From positions 209,994,001 to 210,058,000 of the forward strand of contig OX597814.1 of the NCBI GenBank assembly GCA_951406725.2: a stretch of DNA of 64,000 nt, given 5' to 3'. The position numbers and the translations under genes were made by a program. Of this stretch, positions 13,758-27,519 are shown one piece after another (the first letter of the stretch is position 1; each line of letters starts with the position of its first letter). The notes under the pieces were generated by a model. The model saw only the letters and a program-made list of their open reading frames with translations, did not search any database and was not told where the DNA came from. This DNA is from Octopus vulgaris. Its lineage: Eukaryota.

Positions 13758-15484
13758 GTATATATATATATACACACATATACACATACATGTACACATA
13801 TACATGCATATATATGTATATGTATATGTATATATATACTTACCAAATAAATATGAGTGAAAGAAACCAAAGTATGTGTATAATAAACGGATGTAATAAA
13901 TGGTTTTCTCATTGTAGATAGTGCAGGAAATAAATATGAGTGTTTCACTTAATGTTACGCCTACTTCGTTTTATTTCGTAAGGGTTATGGGGACAATAAA
14001 AACACTCAGTGTTATTATTTGCCGTTTTTAGTTGCTAAGTAATTAGCACAATCTTTGCTTTCTCTTTATGTCAGAACTTCGTAAGATGTTTATATTGAAT
14101 GCTTATGATATTTTCTGGACGAACTATAAGCAAAGATAATATAACCAAAATAATTAATATTTTATTACATTTAGCTTCAATTCATAATACAGATTTCTGA
14201 TATTGGCACAAGACCACACATGTCTGAGCTTGGCAACAGTCGATTAATTTAAGCATTGTATATGAATAATATTTATTTAATGAACCCAGAAACATGTGAT
14301 GTAAATTATAGCCGGGCAGTATTCAAATTCAGATCGTAAAACGATAAAACTATTCAAAAAAAATTTTCTGTAAGGATGCTCTAGAAATATTTATAGATTC
14401 CACAACAAATATTTAGCGCAAAGTGCTTATGTATATTTTATATGCTATCTGGCAGAGTCTTTATATCTCTTGACGTTATGTGATTGAGGTGTAAGGAATT
14501 TCGGATCAAATTTTGAATACTGCCATGGTGATTTTAAATTAATAGATCATGAGTCAGTGCATACGTTTTGATATGGTAATACTAGTATCGTTTTCACCAA
14601 CAGAAACAGAGGAAGAATTCTTTGTAATACTAAGAGTTAAGAAAAACAGTATATTTCAAAATTTTAAACATTAAAGTGGAGTATACATATCTACATACAC
14701 ACATATATACGCACACATACACATATACATCTATGTGTTAAATGTTTGTATGCGTGTGTGTATGGATACACACACGCATATTTATATATAAACACATAAA
14801 AACGAGAGGATAGAGAGAAAGACAATTTAAGACAGGGATTGATATAAATCATGTCTAATAAACGTTTGATTTGTGCCTGTGTGTGTGTGAGTATACATAC
14901 ATATGTGTGTTTGTGTCCGCGCGTGTGTGTGTTTATGTGTGTATGCGTGTGTAGTTGCATGTGTGTAAGTGTGTAACTGCATGCATATAGAAATAATCAT
15001 TGCAAAGAGAAATATATTTTCAGTACTTATTTTTTGAAACGCCGGAAGGAAATCTCTCATTCATTGCATACTTTGGTTTCGCTTCATTTTGAATATATAA
15101 TTTCGTAAAAGAATAATAGGAAATAAATTAAAGTGATTCTGCATTCGATATAGAATCTTAAATTATTTTATTTTGTATTATCTACTCATTCTATATCTGG
15201 AATTTTAACGACCTACTTACAACAAGAATTTTGCTTAATATCGCTATATTCACGAATAATTTTAGAAGTACATATGGACACAAGCATGCGGTATATATAC
15301 ATATATATATATGTGCATGTGTGTGCGTGTGTGCATGTATATATAAATATATATATGCATATATATGCAGTATGCATGTATGTATCTATCTATCTAACTA
15401 TCTCTCTCTAACTCTCTCTCTCTATTTATATATACAAATATATACACATATATACATATTTATATATACATATTCATATATACA

Positions 15485-15542
<58 letters not shown>

Positions 15543-17817
15543 TATATACAGTATACATTATGTTTGCGGGACAAAGATATAAAAGGTGTAACAAACAGTA
15601 TAAAATACTTCTAGAATTGTTAATCCGAACTTGGTATTATTTTATTTCAGCAGATATGTCTGTCTTGGCTTAGAGTAGGCGCTTATTTCCTGCCGTTCAA
15701 AATTTCTCCCTTTATTTCTCTTTGCTTTTTCTTATTTAAAACGCCATATCATTTCCAACACTTTGAAGAGAATCTTAATAATCATTATATCAATTTCTAT
15801 ACAAAATATCATTAAATATTTTCCAAGTTTCTATTCACTTTCATTTTCAAATTTGATAACCATAATTAGAAACATCATTGTATGCTGTTCATTTCCTTTC
15901 GAAATTCTGGATTACGCAAACAGAGAATCAGCATTAGAGATGGCTGGAGATTGTAAACTATTAAGATTTGTTGATATTGCTTTTGTTTCTGTAAGGGTTT
16001 TAATATTTCTAACAAGAAAAGAACAAAAACCTGATGCAAAATTATATTCATTTTGTCATTTGTGTTGGGTTGCTGGTTATGTTCAGTCACAGATTATTTC
16101 CGATCGAACATACCTGTAAGCGAAAACATTCATTCATTGCTTTTGTTACAAACATAGTATTTGTAGGACTACATTAGGGTTAGGGTTGTTCACTGTATTT
16201 CTTCATTTTTACACAGTAGGTGTGGAATTTAGAAGACCCTGCTTGATACTAGGCATTTAGAGATGTTTGAGAGTTACCATGTCATATGATTAATATGTAA
16301 AATAAAATAATTTGACTAAATGTAAAATGTTAATTTTGTGTATCTTTCATAGAGATTATTCATGCCTAATCAGCTAGACACATTATAGTGAATCTATAGA
16401 GATAATTCTTTCTAGCAAGTGTTAGATACTAGATACCATTTCTTCTTTTATGGGAGTAGAAATATTTCTTCTCACTTTTGACAGGTTTATTGATGAGTGT
16501 TACCTATCTTTTTTTTTTATCAAATAAGTACTTATTCTTAATAGTCTATAATATATGTCACTTCAATGTTTATGCGATATACACGCGTATATTTTATATG
16601 ATTAACAGCATATGAAGCTTGAAATAATTTTCATTTATGAAGTCGAATGTAATTATGAAGTAGAATGTAATTCCATACATTTTATTTGGACACTTGTTAA
16701 CAGCATGGAGTTCGTTCGTGAAAAGAAAAGGAGAGATTGGCCGAGCTAATTTAAATCCAATGTGTCCTCTCTAAAGGTTCTCGGAGATCGTTGGATTAAT
16801 TAAAACGATAGATTAACTGCAAGAAAGGTAACAAAGTTTCGGCAGCAGCTGGCTCCACAAATAAATTAGTTATTTCTTCAGCGTTTTATTCATTGCTATA
16901 CAGTACTAACTAATATATATATATATACCTTTCAACACAAATAGAAATTCATTTATCCAGTCTATTTACTTAGGTCGTCCATAGTACACCGCTTAATGAG
17001 AGGACTAGCTTTCGGTTCTTGTATCTATCATTTCTGTCTTGTATCAACATTGATAATGTATATAAATGCAAGGTGTTTATATTTGTCTAGTACATACTGT
17101 ATCCGCAAAAATGTGAAATATATGTTCTGTATTACAGTTTAGCCTTGACATAAATCACTTATAAAGCACAATAAATTTATAAATGTTTAGTTCTTATAGT
17201 TACTTATGTCTCGGGTTTTAATAAGGTAACTTCAAATTCTGTACTACTTGACGTCCTCGAGACAGGCGAAACTTGAAATCATATTAAATAATTTTGTATA
17301 ATATAACTAAGCCTACATCTGGCATTCAGAAATTTTATCACTAGATGTATGTTGTTACTTATTTCTTAATCTTCTCTCTCATTCTCTCTCTCTCACACAC
17401 GCACGAGAACACACACACACATAGACACACATTCTATCTTTCTCTCACACACACATACATATTAATAGCTAGATTAACAAAAATCTAAAGGAGTTCACTT
17501 TTATGAACGTCGTGTTTTAATGTTTATACAATTATTGAATATTGGTAATACGAAGAATTGTCAATTACAAATATTTCAATTCATTTGAAACTTTTCACTT
17601 GGTAGAATCACTATCACCCTTTCGCAAGCATTACCTAATGTCAAAATGAAATATTTAAGTATGTCTATGTACATAAATATATTTCTATTAAATAGAGTTG
17701 TGAGAATAAGGACAAAAACTATATTCATCAAAATTTCTTATACATGAATAAACTAAATTAAACGAACAAGACAAAATCGCTGTCATAAATCTAATACAAA
17801 CATACATAGATGCACAC

Positions 17818-17850
<33 letters not shown>

Positions 17851-19159
17851 TTATGTATGTATGTATGTATGTATGTATGTATGTATGTATGAATGCATGT
17901 ACGTACATACGTATGTATGTATTTGCGTATGCATGTGAACGTAATATTTGTGGGCATGTGTGTGTCTGTGTATTGAATAAAGAAAAAAATTAAAACATTC
18001 CTTTGAAAGATTTCACCATTATGTCAAAAATAGAGAACTGTGTGTAATTACACATTAAAAAATAATAATATTAGGATTTTTCCTGCTTGTAACAATAAAA
18101 AGCATTTTTGTCACAATTGAAATGTAAATTGCTTCGAATCTATACCCAAAACAGTTTCATGAGAAAATAAAGTGTATTTGTGCTAGGTTAAAATATGATT
18201 TCAACGCTCAACAAAATCAGATTATTATCAGAATAACTGGATGAACATGACAATATAAAGTTTGAATTTATTGCATTATATGAAATTTTCTCATAATCAT
18301 AAATATATCAAAAGACTGACTTTATGTTTTCATTGAAACCTTCAATTTCTGATGATTAATATTTTAACTGTATATACAATCAAATTCCTATTTTCTATAA
18401 ATCGATTCCATTAAGAATTGAGAATACTAAATATATACTGATTTTGTATGTTCTACGAAAAGTAGTATTTATATTCGAAACATTAGATCCATAAATATCT
18501 CATTAAATGAATAATACTTAATTTAATATGTTATATAATTCTATTTAAAATGTTTAAAAACTGCCAGGCAAATGGTGGTAAACTTATGGCTTATATATTC
18601 ATACAGTGGGTATATTAAAAAAAATAATAATCTTTTATTGGGTTGGCCTAAAGGAAGCGGGTCTGACTATGATCTTCTCATGCCAAACGAGAGTTTGATG
18701 TGCTTGTTGTTTTTCTAGTATAGTCGCAGGGTGATTGCTGCAAAACAAGCAGAGAGAGAGAGAGACGTGATTGCCTGACTGGTCTGTTAAAAAGAAAGTG
18801 GAATCTTAATGTGAAGTATGTGCAGTAGACATACAACAGAGACGACTGAGCTTTCAGACGAGGTTACGAGTAACAAGCCAGTTCTAACAAGAGAATCACT
18901 GAAATAATTATAGAAAATTTTGAGACTTCACGCCGCTTGGTGTGGCTGGAGCGAATCAGCGAGCAGTTTCATGCCAATAATCCACATTTTTGATACAATG
19001 TAGGATAATTTTATATATTGCAGCATTGCCCTCCCAGATTTGAGAGGTATATTTCCCTTTTAATCTCACTGTATATTTATAAGTTTACAACAGATGCAAG
19101 ATACTAAAATCCACAATTAAACATATATAAACAACTTTATCCTATGATACAGAAAACAA

Positions 19160-19830
19160 AGAAACCAAAACTACAACTATTGGTTTCAAATTTTCCCCAA
19201 AAGACCAGCTATTTCGAGGGAGGAGTAAATCGATTACATCGACCCCATTGCTTAACTGGTACTTAATTTATTGTCCCCGAAAGGATGAGTGACAATGTCT
19301 TTACCTTTTCATCCTTTCAGGGTCGATGAAGTAAGTACTATTTATGCAGTGGAGTCAATAAAATCGATTTACTCCTCACCCAAAATTAGTAGTAGTAGTA
19401 GTAGTAGTAGTAGTAGAAGAAGAAGTAGTGGTAGTAGTAGTACTGTAGTTAGCAAGCCAGGCAAAATGCTTAGCAGTATTTCGTTTGTCCTCACGTTCTG
19501 AGTTCAAAGTCTGCCGAGATCGACCTTGCTTTCATTCTTTCGGGATCGATAAATTAAATACAAGTGAAACACTGGAGTTGATGCAATCGAGCTACGCCTC
19601 CCCCAAAAGTTTGTTGCAAAATTTGAAAGCTCGCAGAATCGTTAGCACGCTGGACGAAATACTTTTCACCCGTCGCTACGTTCTGAGTTCCAATTCCGCC
19701 AAGGTCAACTTCGCCTTTTATCCTTTTGGAATCGATAAATTAAATACCATTGAAACACTGAAGTCGATATAATCGACTAGTGCCTTCTCCATAATATCAG
19801 ACCTCGTGCCTTTACTAGAAAGCATTATTA
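19160..19830. mobile_element. Cluster of four SINE family A fragments, one inverted and three forward
   Basis: The core ctttcatcctttcggg(g)tcgataaa recurs at about 19305, 19527 and 19714, and as its reverse complement at about 19265-19290. Confidence 0.8.
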
Positions 19831-20919
19831 TTATTGCTGTTGATTTCGTTGTCTGGGTTATGCTGCAGTGTCTAGCACAGTACTGTGTGCCTTGGGCGAC
19901 TGCATTGAAATTATCTTCTGCAATACGCTTTTAGTGCCTAGTATCAATTTCAAGTTTATTCCCACTTCGTGTCTCCATTCAATTTTTATTGAATTTAAGT
20001 TTTAATCTCTCCTTCAGTGATGCGTCAAAAATGTTATTACGTCTAATGACTGCCTTGTTACAATTTTAAATTCACTTACTTACAAAAGAAATAAAAATGC
20101 CTCACTGCCTTAATCATATTATAAGAAGGTGTGCTTTTTAAAGATGTGTTTTGGTAATTTTGTAATGTCACTTTTGTAAATTTAATAAGTTAATAATCTG
20201 TACAATAAAACATTATTTTCACGAATCCATTCGAAGTTTATGAAATTGTTAGATTAATAATGTCACTGATGTGGCCTAATAAAACTGAAGTATGTTCGTT
20301 GTCACTGTACTTGGTGAGGGCCAAATGTATTCCTTGCAACATAGACCCATTTAATCGTTATTTGATTTAAATTTCGTTTTCATTCGTGTTCTTTAGAAAT
20401 TTTGTTACAAACGCTAATGAAGTTCATTACTTGCTTTATCTCAAATGTTTAAACATTACTATGGTCCTTTTCTCTAGATATGAGTAACCAATCTCACTAA
20501 TATTTTATATATGGTGTGTACGCAGTTATTCTTTAGCTTTCGGGTGAATGTCCTAATATGCATTTTTGAAAAATCACGTGACAAGTTTTCTTTTTTGATT
20601 TCCCCCTCAATACTGCCAACATGTTTTTAATTATTTCACAATTATTATTATTATTGTGAAGAATAATTTGACTGAAACTAAAGTATTTTATAATATATAT
20701 ATATAGCTAGACCCATAGTATTCTACTTTATTGTATTTAAGTCATAGACAACTATACGTTAGGGGATTATTTTTGTCCAGCACAAAATTTATAATGAAAT
20801 ACCTAGAACTGTAATACTACTTATGGTAAACTAGTACGTTTGATATATCATAAAACACTGAACGATTAGCACATTCTAAATGCAAATTAATATTTAGTTG
20901 GATAGGATCGCAGTGATTG

Positions 20920-21165
20920 TTTGCTGAACATTCTTGTCAAAAGGAGTTATGAGAATCTCATTTATTTATTATTATTATTTTTTTGTTATCAATCTTGTCA
21001 ATAATGTTGATTAGATTTGATTTATTGTTTTCAGATCAATATTGTCAAAAGAAATTGATTGTATCTCATTTATTGCTTTCTGATCAATCTTTTCGAAAAC
21101 GTTTGATTGGATCTGATTTATTATTTGCTGACCAGCTTCGTAAAAAATAATAATTGGATCTCAGT
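20920..21165. repeat. Degenerate 47-48 bp minisatellite, about 4-5 units
   Basis: Units start at 20988, 21035, 21083 and 21131 (atcaat..tg/ttcaaaa...ttgattg.atct.atttatt...ctg). Confidence 0.7.
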
Positions 21166-21261
21166 TCAATCCACACATTTATCAAGTTTGTTTAGAAAAC
21201 GATAAACACGATCCAATCAAATTTGGATAAGATTGAAAGCAATCTCTCTTTCTCTCTATTC

Positions 21262-21355
<94 letters not shown>

Positions 21356-21453
21356 TCATATATTCCTGTTATTCAAATTATTCAAATAAACTTAGACAAG
21401 CATCCATATCGCATATACAAATACGCATGGTAAAACCTACGAATATATCCCCT

Positions 21454-21513
<60 letters not shown>

Positions 21514-23107
21514 CGTTTTTTTTTTTTGGTCTATGTTTGTGAGCGTAAATATCTTTAAGCGGAAAGGCTTATTCAGACTAACTATTTTTTAGCCAACAGC
21601 TAAATGATTATCAGTTAGAACTCCTTATGAACATCAACATACTTTACATTTCTTATTCAGAATGCAGTCAGAAATCTTTATTTAAATGATGTATTTTCTG
21701 TGTCATTCATATGTCACGAAATTCGTTCAACTACATCCCCGTCAACGGAATTGTCCTCCCTGTTCTGGGTAGTGTGGTGGATTTTTCATTGTGGGGGTAA
21801 CTTCGAATCCAGTTAACTATGCTGTATTTTATTTATAATAATCATTTTACTCTTAAATTTAAATCTAAAGCAGAGGATGACGGTTAAAATTTGGTTAAAC
21901 GTATGTTTAGTATATTACTTTTATATTTTGCTATCATCTGTAGACTCGCATTTTGATCAATATGTTTTCTTGTCAATACTCGTATTATTTATGGATTTAA
22001 TCAAAATTAATTTCTTTAAAGTTATACACTAAACTTCGGTGGGCAGGAAATATGAAATGAAACAAGCGTTCGGCAAAACTTTCTTGTTTCGTCTCAAATG
22101 TTGACAAATGTACTACTTTTAATTCCTGATTCAGGAATGCCTAAAATGTTTCCTAACTTTAAATTCTGTCATAATATACAGAATTTATGAGCTGAACTGG
22201 TAAGATATAGGTTATGGTATATATTAGTGTCTACAGTTAAATTTACAAAAACTAATACTGATTCGAAATATGATGATTTTGTGTATTTTTGAGTTTCCTG
22301 ATAGAAATTTTGTGTATTTTTGAGTATACGTGTAAAGAAATATAATAAGAGCAAATAATGGAAGAAAAATATCTTTCATAAACAGAACGCAAGTGACAAT
22401 ACAAAGATAATACAAGAAAATATTATCAGAAGGAAAAAAGTAAGGCCAGATTCTGATTATAAATACACATTGGGTGATGGTGACGTGGTAACGTGGTTGG
22501 ACGATATTACTATACAGCAGATGCTGACTTCTTCGTACTAAGCAAACACTTACCAGATCTAACGAACGTTGCCGCTGAAAAATATCTATTTGTTACTTTT
22601 ATAACTAAGATTTGTACTCAAAAGTACTGATGTTCACTTCGCTAATTGAATTACTTTTCTCTATTTGCGATAATGTGCGAAAACCTAATTTTTTTTTCTT
22701 TACTTATATAACAATAGAAAATTTTTATGCATTGCACGTGTAATGTAAGCATATTCAAACGCACTTACGTAGAGCGCAGATAAGATAGGTACAAGTATAT
22801 AATACTCGATTAAATTTTTCCCTAAATGCTCTACATTGATGAACGCAGATGATGGGAGAAAAGAAAATTTTCTTACGATACTAAAAATTAAACAATAATT
22901 GAATTCAAATTTTTTCATTCTATATTTTCCACAGATCACTAAATAATAATGTCTACATATATCCTAACATAGCAAAAATGGAACTGCTCTCCTTTCGTAA
23001 ATGTAGCAAGAAAAAGGATGTTTCATGGGCATGTGAATGCTACAAATCGACATCATATATGTATGCGTGTATGTATGTTTGTATGTATGCATGCACTTTC
23101 ATAAATG

Positions 23108-23177
<70 letters not shown>

Positions 23178-23182
23178 CTCTA

Positions 23183-23217
<35 letters not shown>

Positions 23218-23667
23218 CATCAACAGATGAGATCAGAGGAAACTCAATATAGATTACACCTAATAGTGTATTTTCAGAACAGATTTATATGAAGTATAAT
23301 AGATACAGGAACCTAAACAGGAGCGGGTATGGGATTTCAGTTCCGATAGCTGTTCGTGGGGGCACGGAATTACGCAATAATCGTAATGTTGGCAGAGGGA
23401 GTGTGCAAAAATTCAGGAATATGCAACCATTAGTGGGGTGCATATACATACTACCTTAAATCCGGCCTCCATCTTTGGGATGCGTAGACTGGCATCTAAC
23501 GTTTAATATCAAAACACAGGGGATTTAAGGTTAGAAATATATTTAAAGAGAATAATTAATAAATGTTTCCCTTATGAGGTGTTTTACGCTAACTACTTAA
23601 TAATTTCTTATAAAGATTTTATCCTATTTTAAAATATATATATATATTTATTATTTCCATCATTATG

Positions 23668-23745
<78 letters not shown>

Positions 23746-25016
23746 ACTGTAATTATATAATATAAATAAATGATACATAAATATATGTGTGTGCATATAT
23801 GTGTATATATGTGTATATATACATATATACTATATACACACACATGTGAGTATGTGTACTGGAAATGTTTCTCATCATGTCAGAAAATATAAGTTTCATG
23901 TTCATCTCTTCATTATAGACACGCTAATTGCTTTGTAGGGATTCATATAGATGATATGTTTCCAAGAATATTACAGTGATTCACATTAAACACGCTCATA
24001 CACACTTTACATACTCTCAAACACAGGAAAAAGGATGTACTTATGTGTGAGTGTGGATATGCATTTATGTATAGATATACACTCTTTTCTGTATATGATG
24101 CTCTGGTGTGTTTATTAATTGTTTCACACACAAGCGATTTGGTACCCATTTATAAATATATACATATATCTGTGTGTGTACGCGTGTGTGTGCCTCCGTG
24201 TGTGTATGTTTAAATATATATATATATATATTTTATTTATGTATATATATCGGCTTCAACCGACTTTTCTTTTCTATGCATATATTCAAAGCTTCATAAA
24301 TATTCATAAATAGATAAAAATATGTAGTGAAACTGAATAGCTACAAGAATTACTCTTCTCTTTAATTCAAAATTTTTCAAACGTAGAGATACATGTGCCT
24401 AATTATCTAACAACCTACCCACATATCCTGCTACATATCTTCCTAAACTCATACATGGCAATCATACATATATACATACATGCTTATAAAATATATACAT
24501 AAATTCATATATGCATACATGTATAGAAATATGCGTGCATGTAATAGAAACGCAGATACATAACACACACATATATATATACACACACATTCGTAAAATA
24601 CACATGCACTACATATATACATAGACACATGGTCGAAATCATTTGCCTAGTAGAGGTTAACATAATACTGTAGATAAAAAGAAATGAAAATGTACGTAGC
24701 TAATGAGAAATCAGAAGTTACAACAACCACACTACAATTAATATTAATAGCCCTGATCATCGAGCCCTGAGATGAATAACAAACTGCCTCATGACCAATT
24801 TTGATAAGCTTCCTATCATAAAACCAGTGAAGATACGACTAATTAGGAAATTGCAATTACAATGCATTAATTTAACTGAAAAAAACCCTCGTAAACCTTC
24901 CAGATTTTTAGCCTGTATTACATGCATACTGATATACATATCTGCATGCATAATTCTATGCACACATGCATACATACATAAATACGTACATATATACAAT
25001 GTTGTCCAATCATTTT

Positions 25017-25054
<38 letters not shown>

Positions 25055-25199
25055 GGGTTTGTATGATTGTGTATAGAGGGATATATATTATTCAAAGGAA
25101 TTCCAACTCTGTCTATTTTTTATGTTTTATTTATATTCTTATAATATTAATGTAGGATATAGAATATATAGTATATATAGTAGATATAGTAAAATGAAA

Positions 25200-25860
25200 T
25201 GAAGTTCTGATTGTCTTATTGAATAGATGGAATATTGAATATCAAATATTAAGGGACTAGTATACTTTCTTGTATTTAAGCAATCTTCAAGGGCCCTAGT
25301 TGTGACAGGAATGTTGGCTGTCTTTTGTTCTTTATATACATTCCTGTGGACAGCAATAGTAGTTGTTTGGCTATTTTCAGAAATGATGACAGCAGTACAT
25401 TTTTTTGTTTTGGTTAGAGGGATACGAGTTTTATACACCAAATAAGATTAATTCAATCATTGTTTGCTAAGCTTGGGTTGGAATTTCTTAATAAAGACCT
25501 TTTCTCTCAGTTTTCTCTCAATTTCATTCAGGTTGTAAAGTTTATGAAATGGACATATCATAAAATGTTTTCATACCACATGTTGCCAGATGGTTTCTCG
25601 GTGGTATTTGGCGGACTTCTGGGGTTTTAATTTGTTGTCGATGCACACGCGAACGCTCTGAAAGTGCATTACCTGTCTGGCCAACATACAGTTCTTCACA
25701 ATTTGGGCATTTAATGCAGTAGATTAAATTTCTGCTTTTGCAGTTCATGTTCGCGTTTGTGAATATTATCCCTGTTTTGTGTTCATGTATGGGCCGGTAT
25801 GAATTAATTGGCATGTACCGCATCGGCTATCATTGCATTTAAATATTTAGCCCGTCTAAA
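25200..25860 (-). mobile_element. 5'-truncated Penelope-like retroelement remnant (GIY-YIG endonuclease C-terminus plus 3' pLTR)
   Basis: NCKSRNLIYCIKCPNCEELYVGQTGNALSERSRVHRQQIK...NHL, then frameshifted NEIERKLREKVFIKKFQPKLSKQ*. These are typical PLE GIY-YIG motifs. Confidence 0.88.
25252..25297 (-). ncRNA. Minimal type-I hammerhead ribozyme-like motif in the 3' region of a Penelope-like element
   Basis: Minus strand: AGGGCC-CUUGAAGA-UUG cuuaaaua CAA-GAAA-GUAUAC-UA-GUCCCU. Palindromic stem III (AGUAUACU), CUA triplet, stem I AGGGCC/GUCCCU with one mismatch. Lies about 160 nt downstream of the GIY-YIG stop. Confidence 0.65.
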
Positions 25861-26601
25861 TTTAAGTTTGGTTTATTTAGTAAGAAAATATATCTATTGG
25901 TTCAAATGTGTGAGGCATAAAATCAGCGCAAGATTTACCGTGAATTTTCATCTATCTATATCTAAATGTCCACACTGAAAGACATTATAATCTGTTATGG
26001 TTTACAGTTAGATAATCAACAGCAATATAGATGCCTTATATAATAATGAAATTCTATTAAACTTTGAGGACAACACATCAAAGGTATCGATGGTCATATA
26101 GAATAATTATATTAGACGTCTTGATCTTGTAGGATTATTTTATATTTTAGGATTTTTATATTGTACATCTTGAAAAGAATGTCCCAGTGGACAAACTAAC
26201 TTCATTAAAAAGATAATGCGGTGACAGTCCCTAATAATGTAAATGAAGACACATTAGATACAGTAAGAAAATGTATAATACAGACATTCATATTTTTCGG
26301 ATTTATGTCATTTATAACTTAATTCAGAACAACATATGACTTCTAAAATGATAGCACACTACATTGAAGTTCCTCCCTAACACATTAGATTTCAGCACAG
26401 ATTTTTATTAGTCCTTTGAAAAAAACTTGTGAAAGGGGTTCTACATTTTTGGTATTTAAGAACTTTGTAAACACTGTAAACAACTCGAAACTTTTGGTGG
26501 GGCGTGTCTATAATAGAACGGTATCCATGAAACCAGATAATTACAGATTAAGACTCAACGATAGAAAAAAGATCGAGTGACAAATGATGGTTGATGAGGA
26601 G

Positions 26602-27519
26602 GTTTCGTAACCATTGCGAGCATAATGATCATGAGAGGATCTTGCCTTCAAGGATACCTTGACCGAAGGACGAAAAGTAATGGCTCCATACATATGGTTA
26701 CCTATTGATTTCTGTCTTTCGCTTCCCCACCTCTATCACTCTGTCACTTATGCTACTTTCTAATTCGAAACATGAGAAATCTGTAGTAGAATTAGATCTC
26801 GACACAACCAGTAACAGCTTAGAAAAACTATAATAATGATAATGATCCTGTAGTTGAAGATAGTGATGATAGCGACTAAATAGTAATAAAAAAAAATAAT
26901 AATAATAAAAAAATAATAATGATAATAATCGCAACAATTATAATGATGATGATGATGATAACAATAGTTACAAAAATCACAACAGCCGTCCCATAACACC
27001 TCATTACATAAACATATCCTTGTATTGCAAATACTAAGTGCATTGTAAATAATAATGTTTCAAGTAAGTCATTGTCGATTTTCAAAGAAACAACATACAC
27101 GTTCGGCTGACTTCACCACTGATTCATGCTACACATTTGCTGACAATACCATAACACTATAAAAACACACGCACACAGACACCCTATATACAGTAGTAGC
27201 CATAATATAAGGGTCAATAAGAACAGGTGAATTGAAATATTTATTATAGAAGATCAACTAAACGTTGAGACTATGTGCTATACATGTACTTAGATACATC
27301 TAATATCTCTCTTCCGTCAAAATTGCAAGTGAATGGAATGAATACGTTGTAAGTTTCGTAACCATTGCGAGCATAATGATCATGAGAGGATCTTGCCTTC
27401 AAGGATACCTTGACCGATGGACGAAAAGTAATGGCTCCATACATATGGTTACCTATTGATTTCTGTCTTTCGCTTCCCCAACTCTACCACTCTGTCACTT
27501 ATGCTCCTTTCTAATTCGA
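26602..27519 (+). repeat. Pair of 167-bp direct repeats (26602-26768 and 27353-27519)
   Basis: gtttcgtaaccattgcgagc...ctttctaattcga occurs twice, with 4 mismatches by eye. Confidence 0.92.

Noticed and set aside
16174-16187. TTAGGGTTAGGG telomere-like motif
   Set aside because: Only two units, which is not significant.
20988-21165. Regularly spaced repeats considered as CRISPR-like
   Set aside because: Eukaryotic context, and the units are contiguous degenerate tandem copies without unique spacers or cas genes.
22700-22939. Minus ORF ending LLLY-AA|gtaaag, resembling the end of the upstream nAChR exon
   Set aside because: It lacks WxPD and the other conserved beta-strand motifs.
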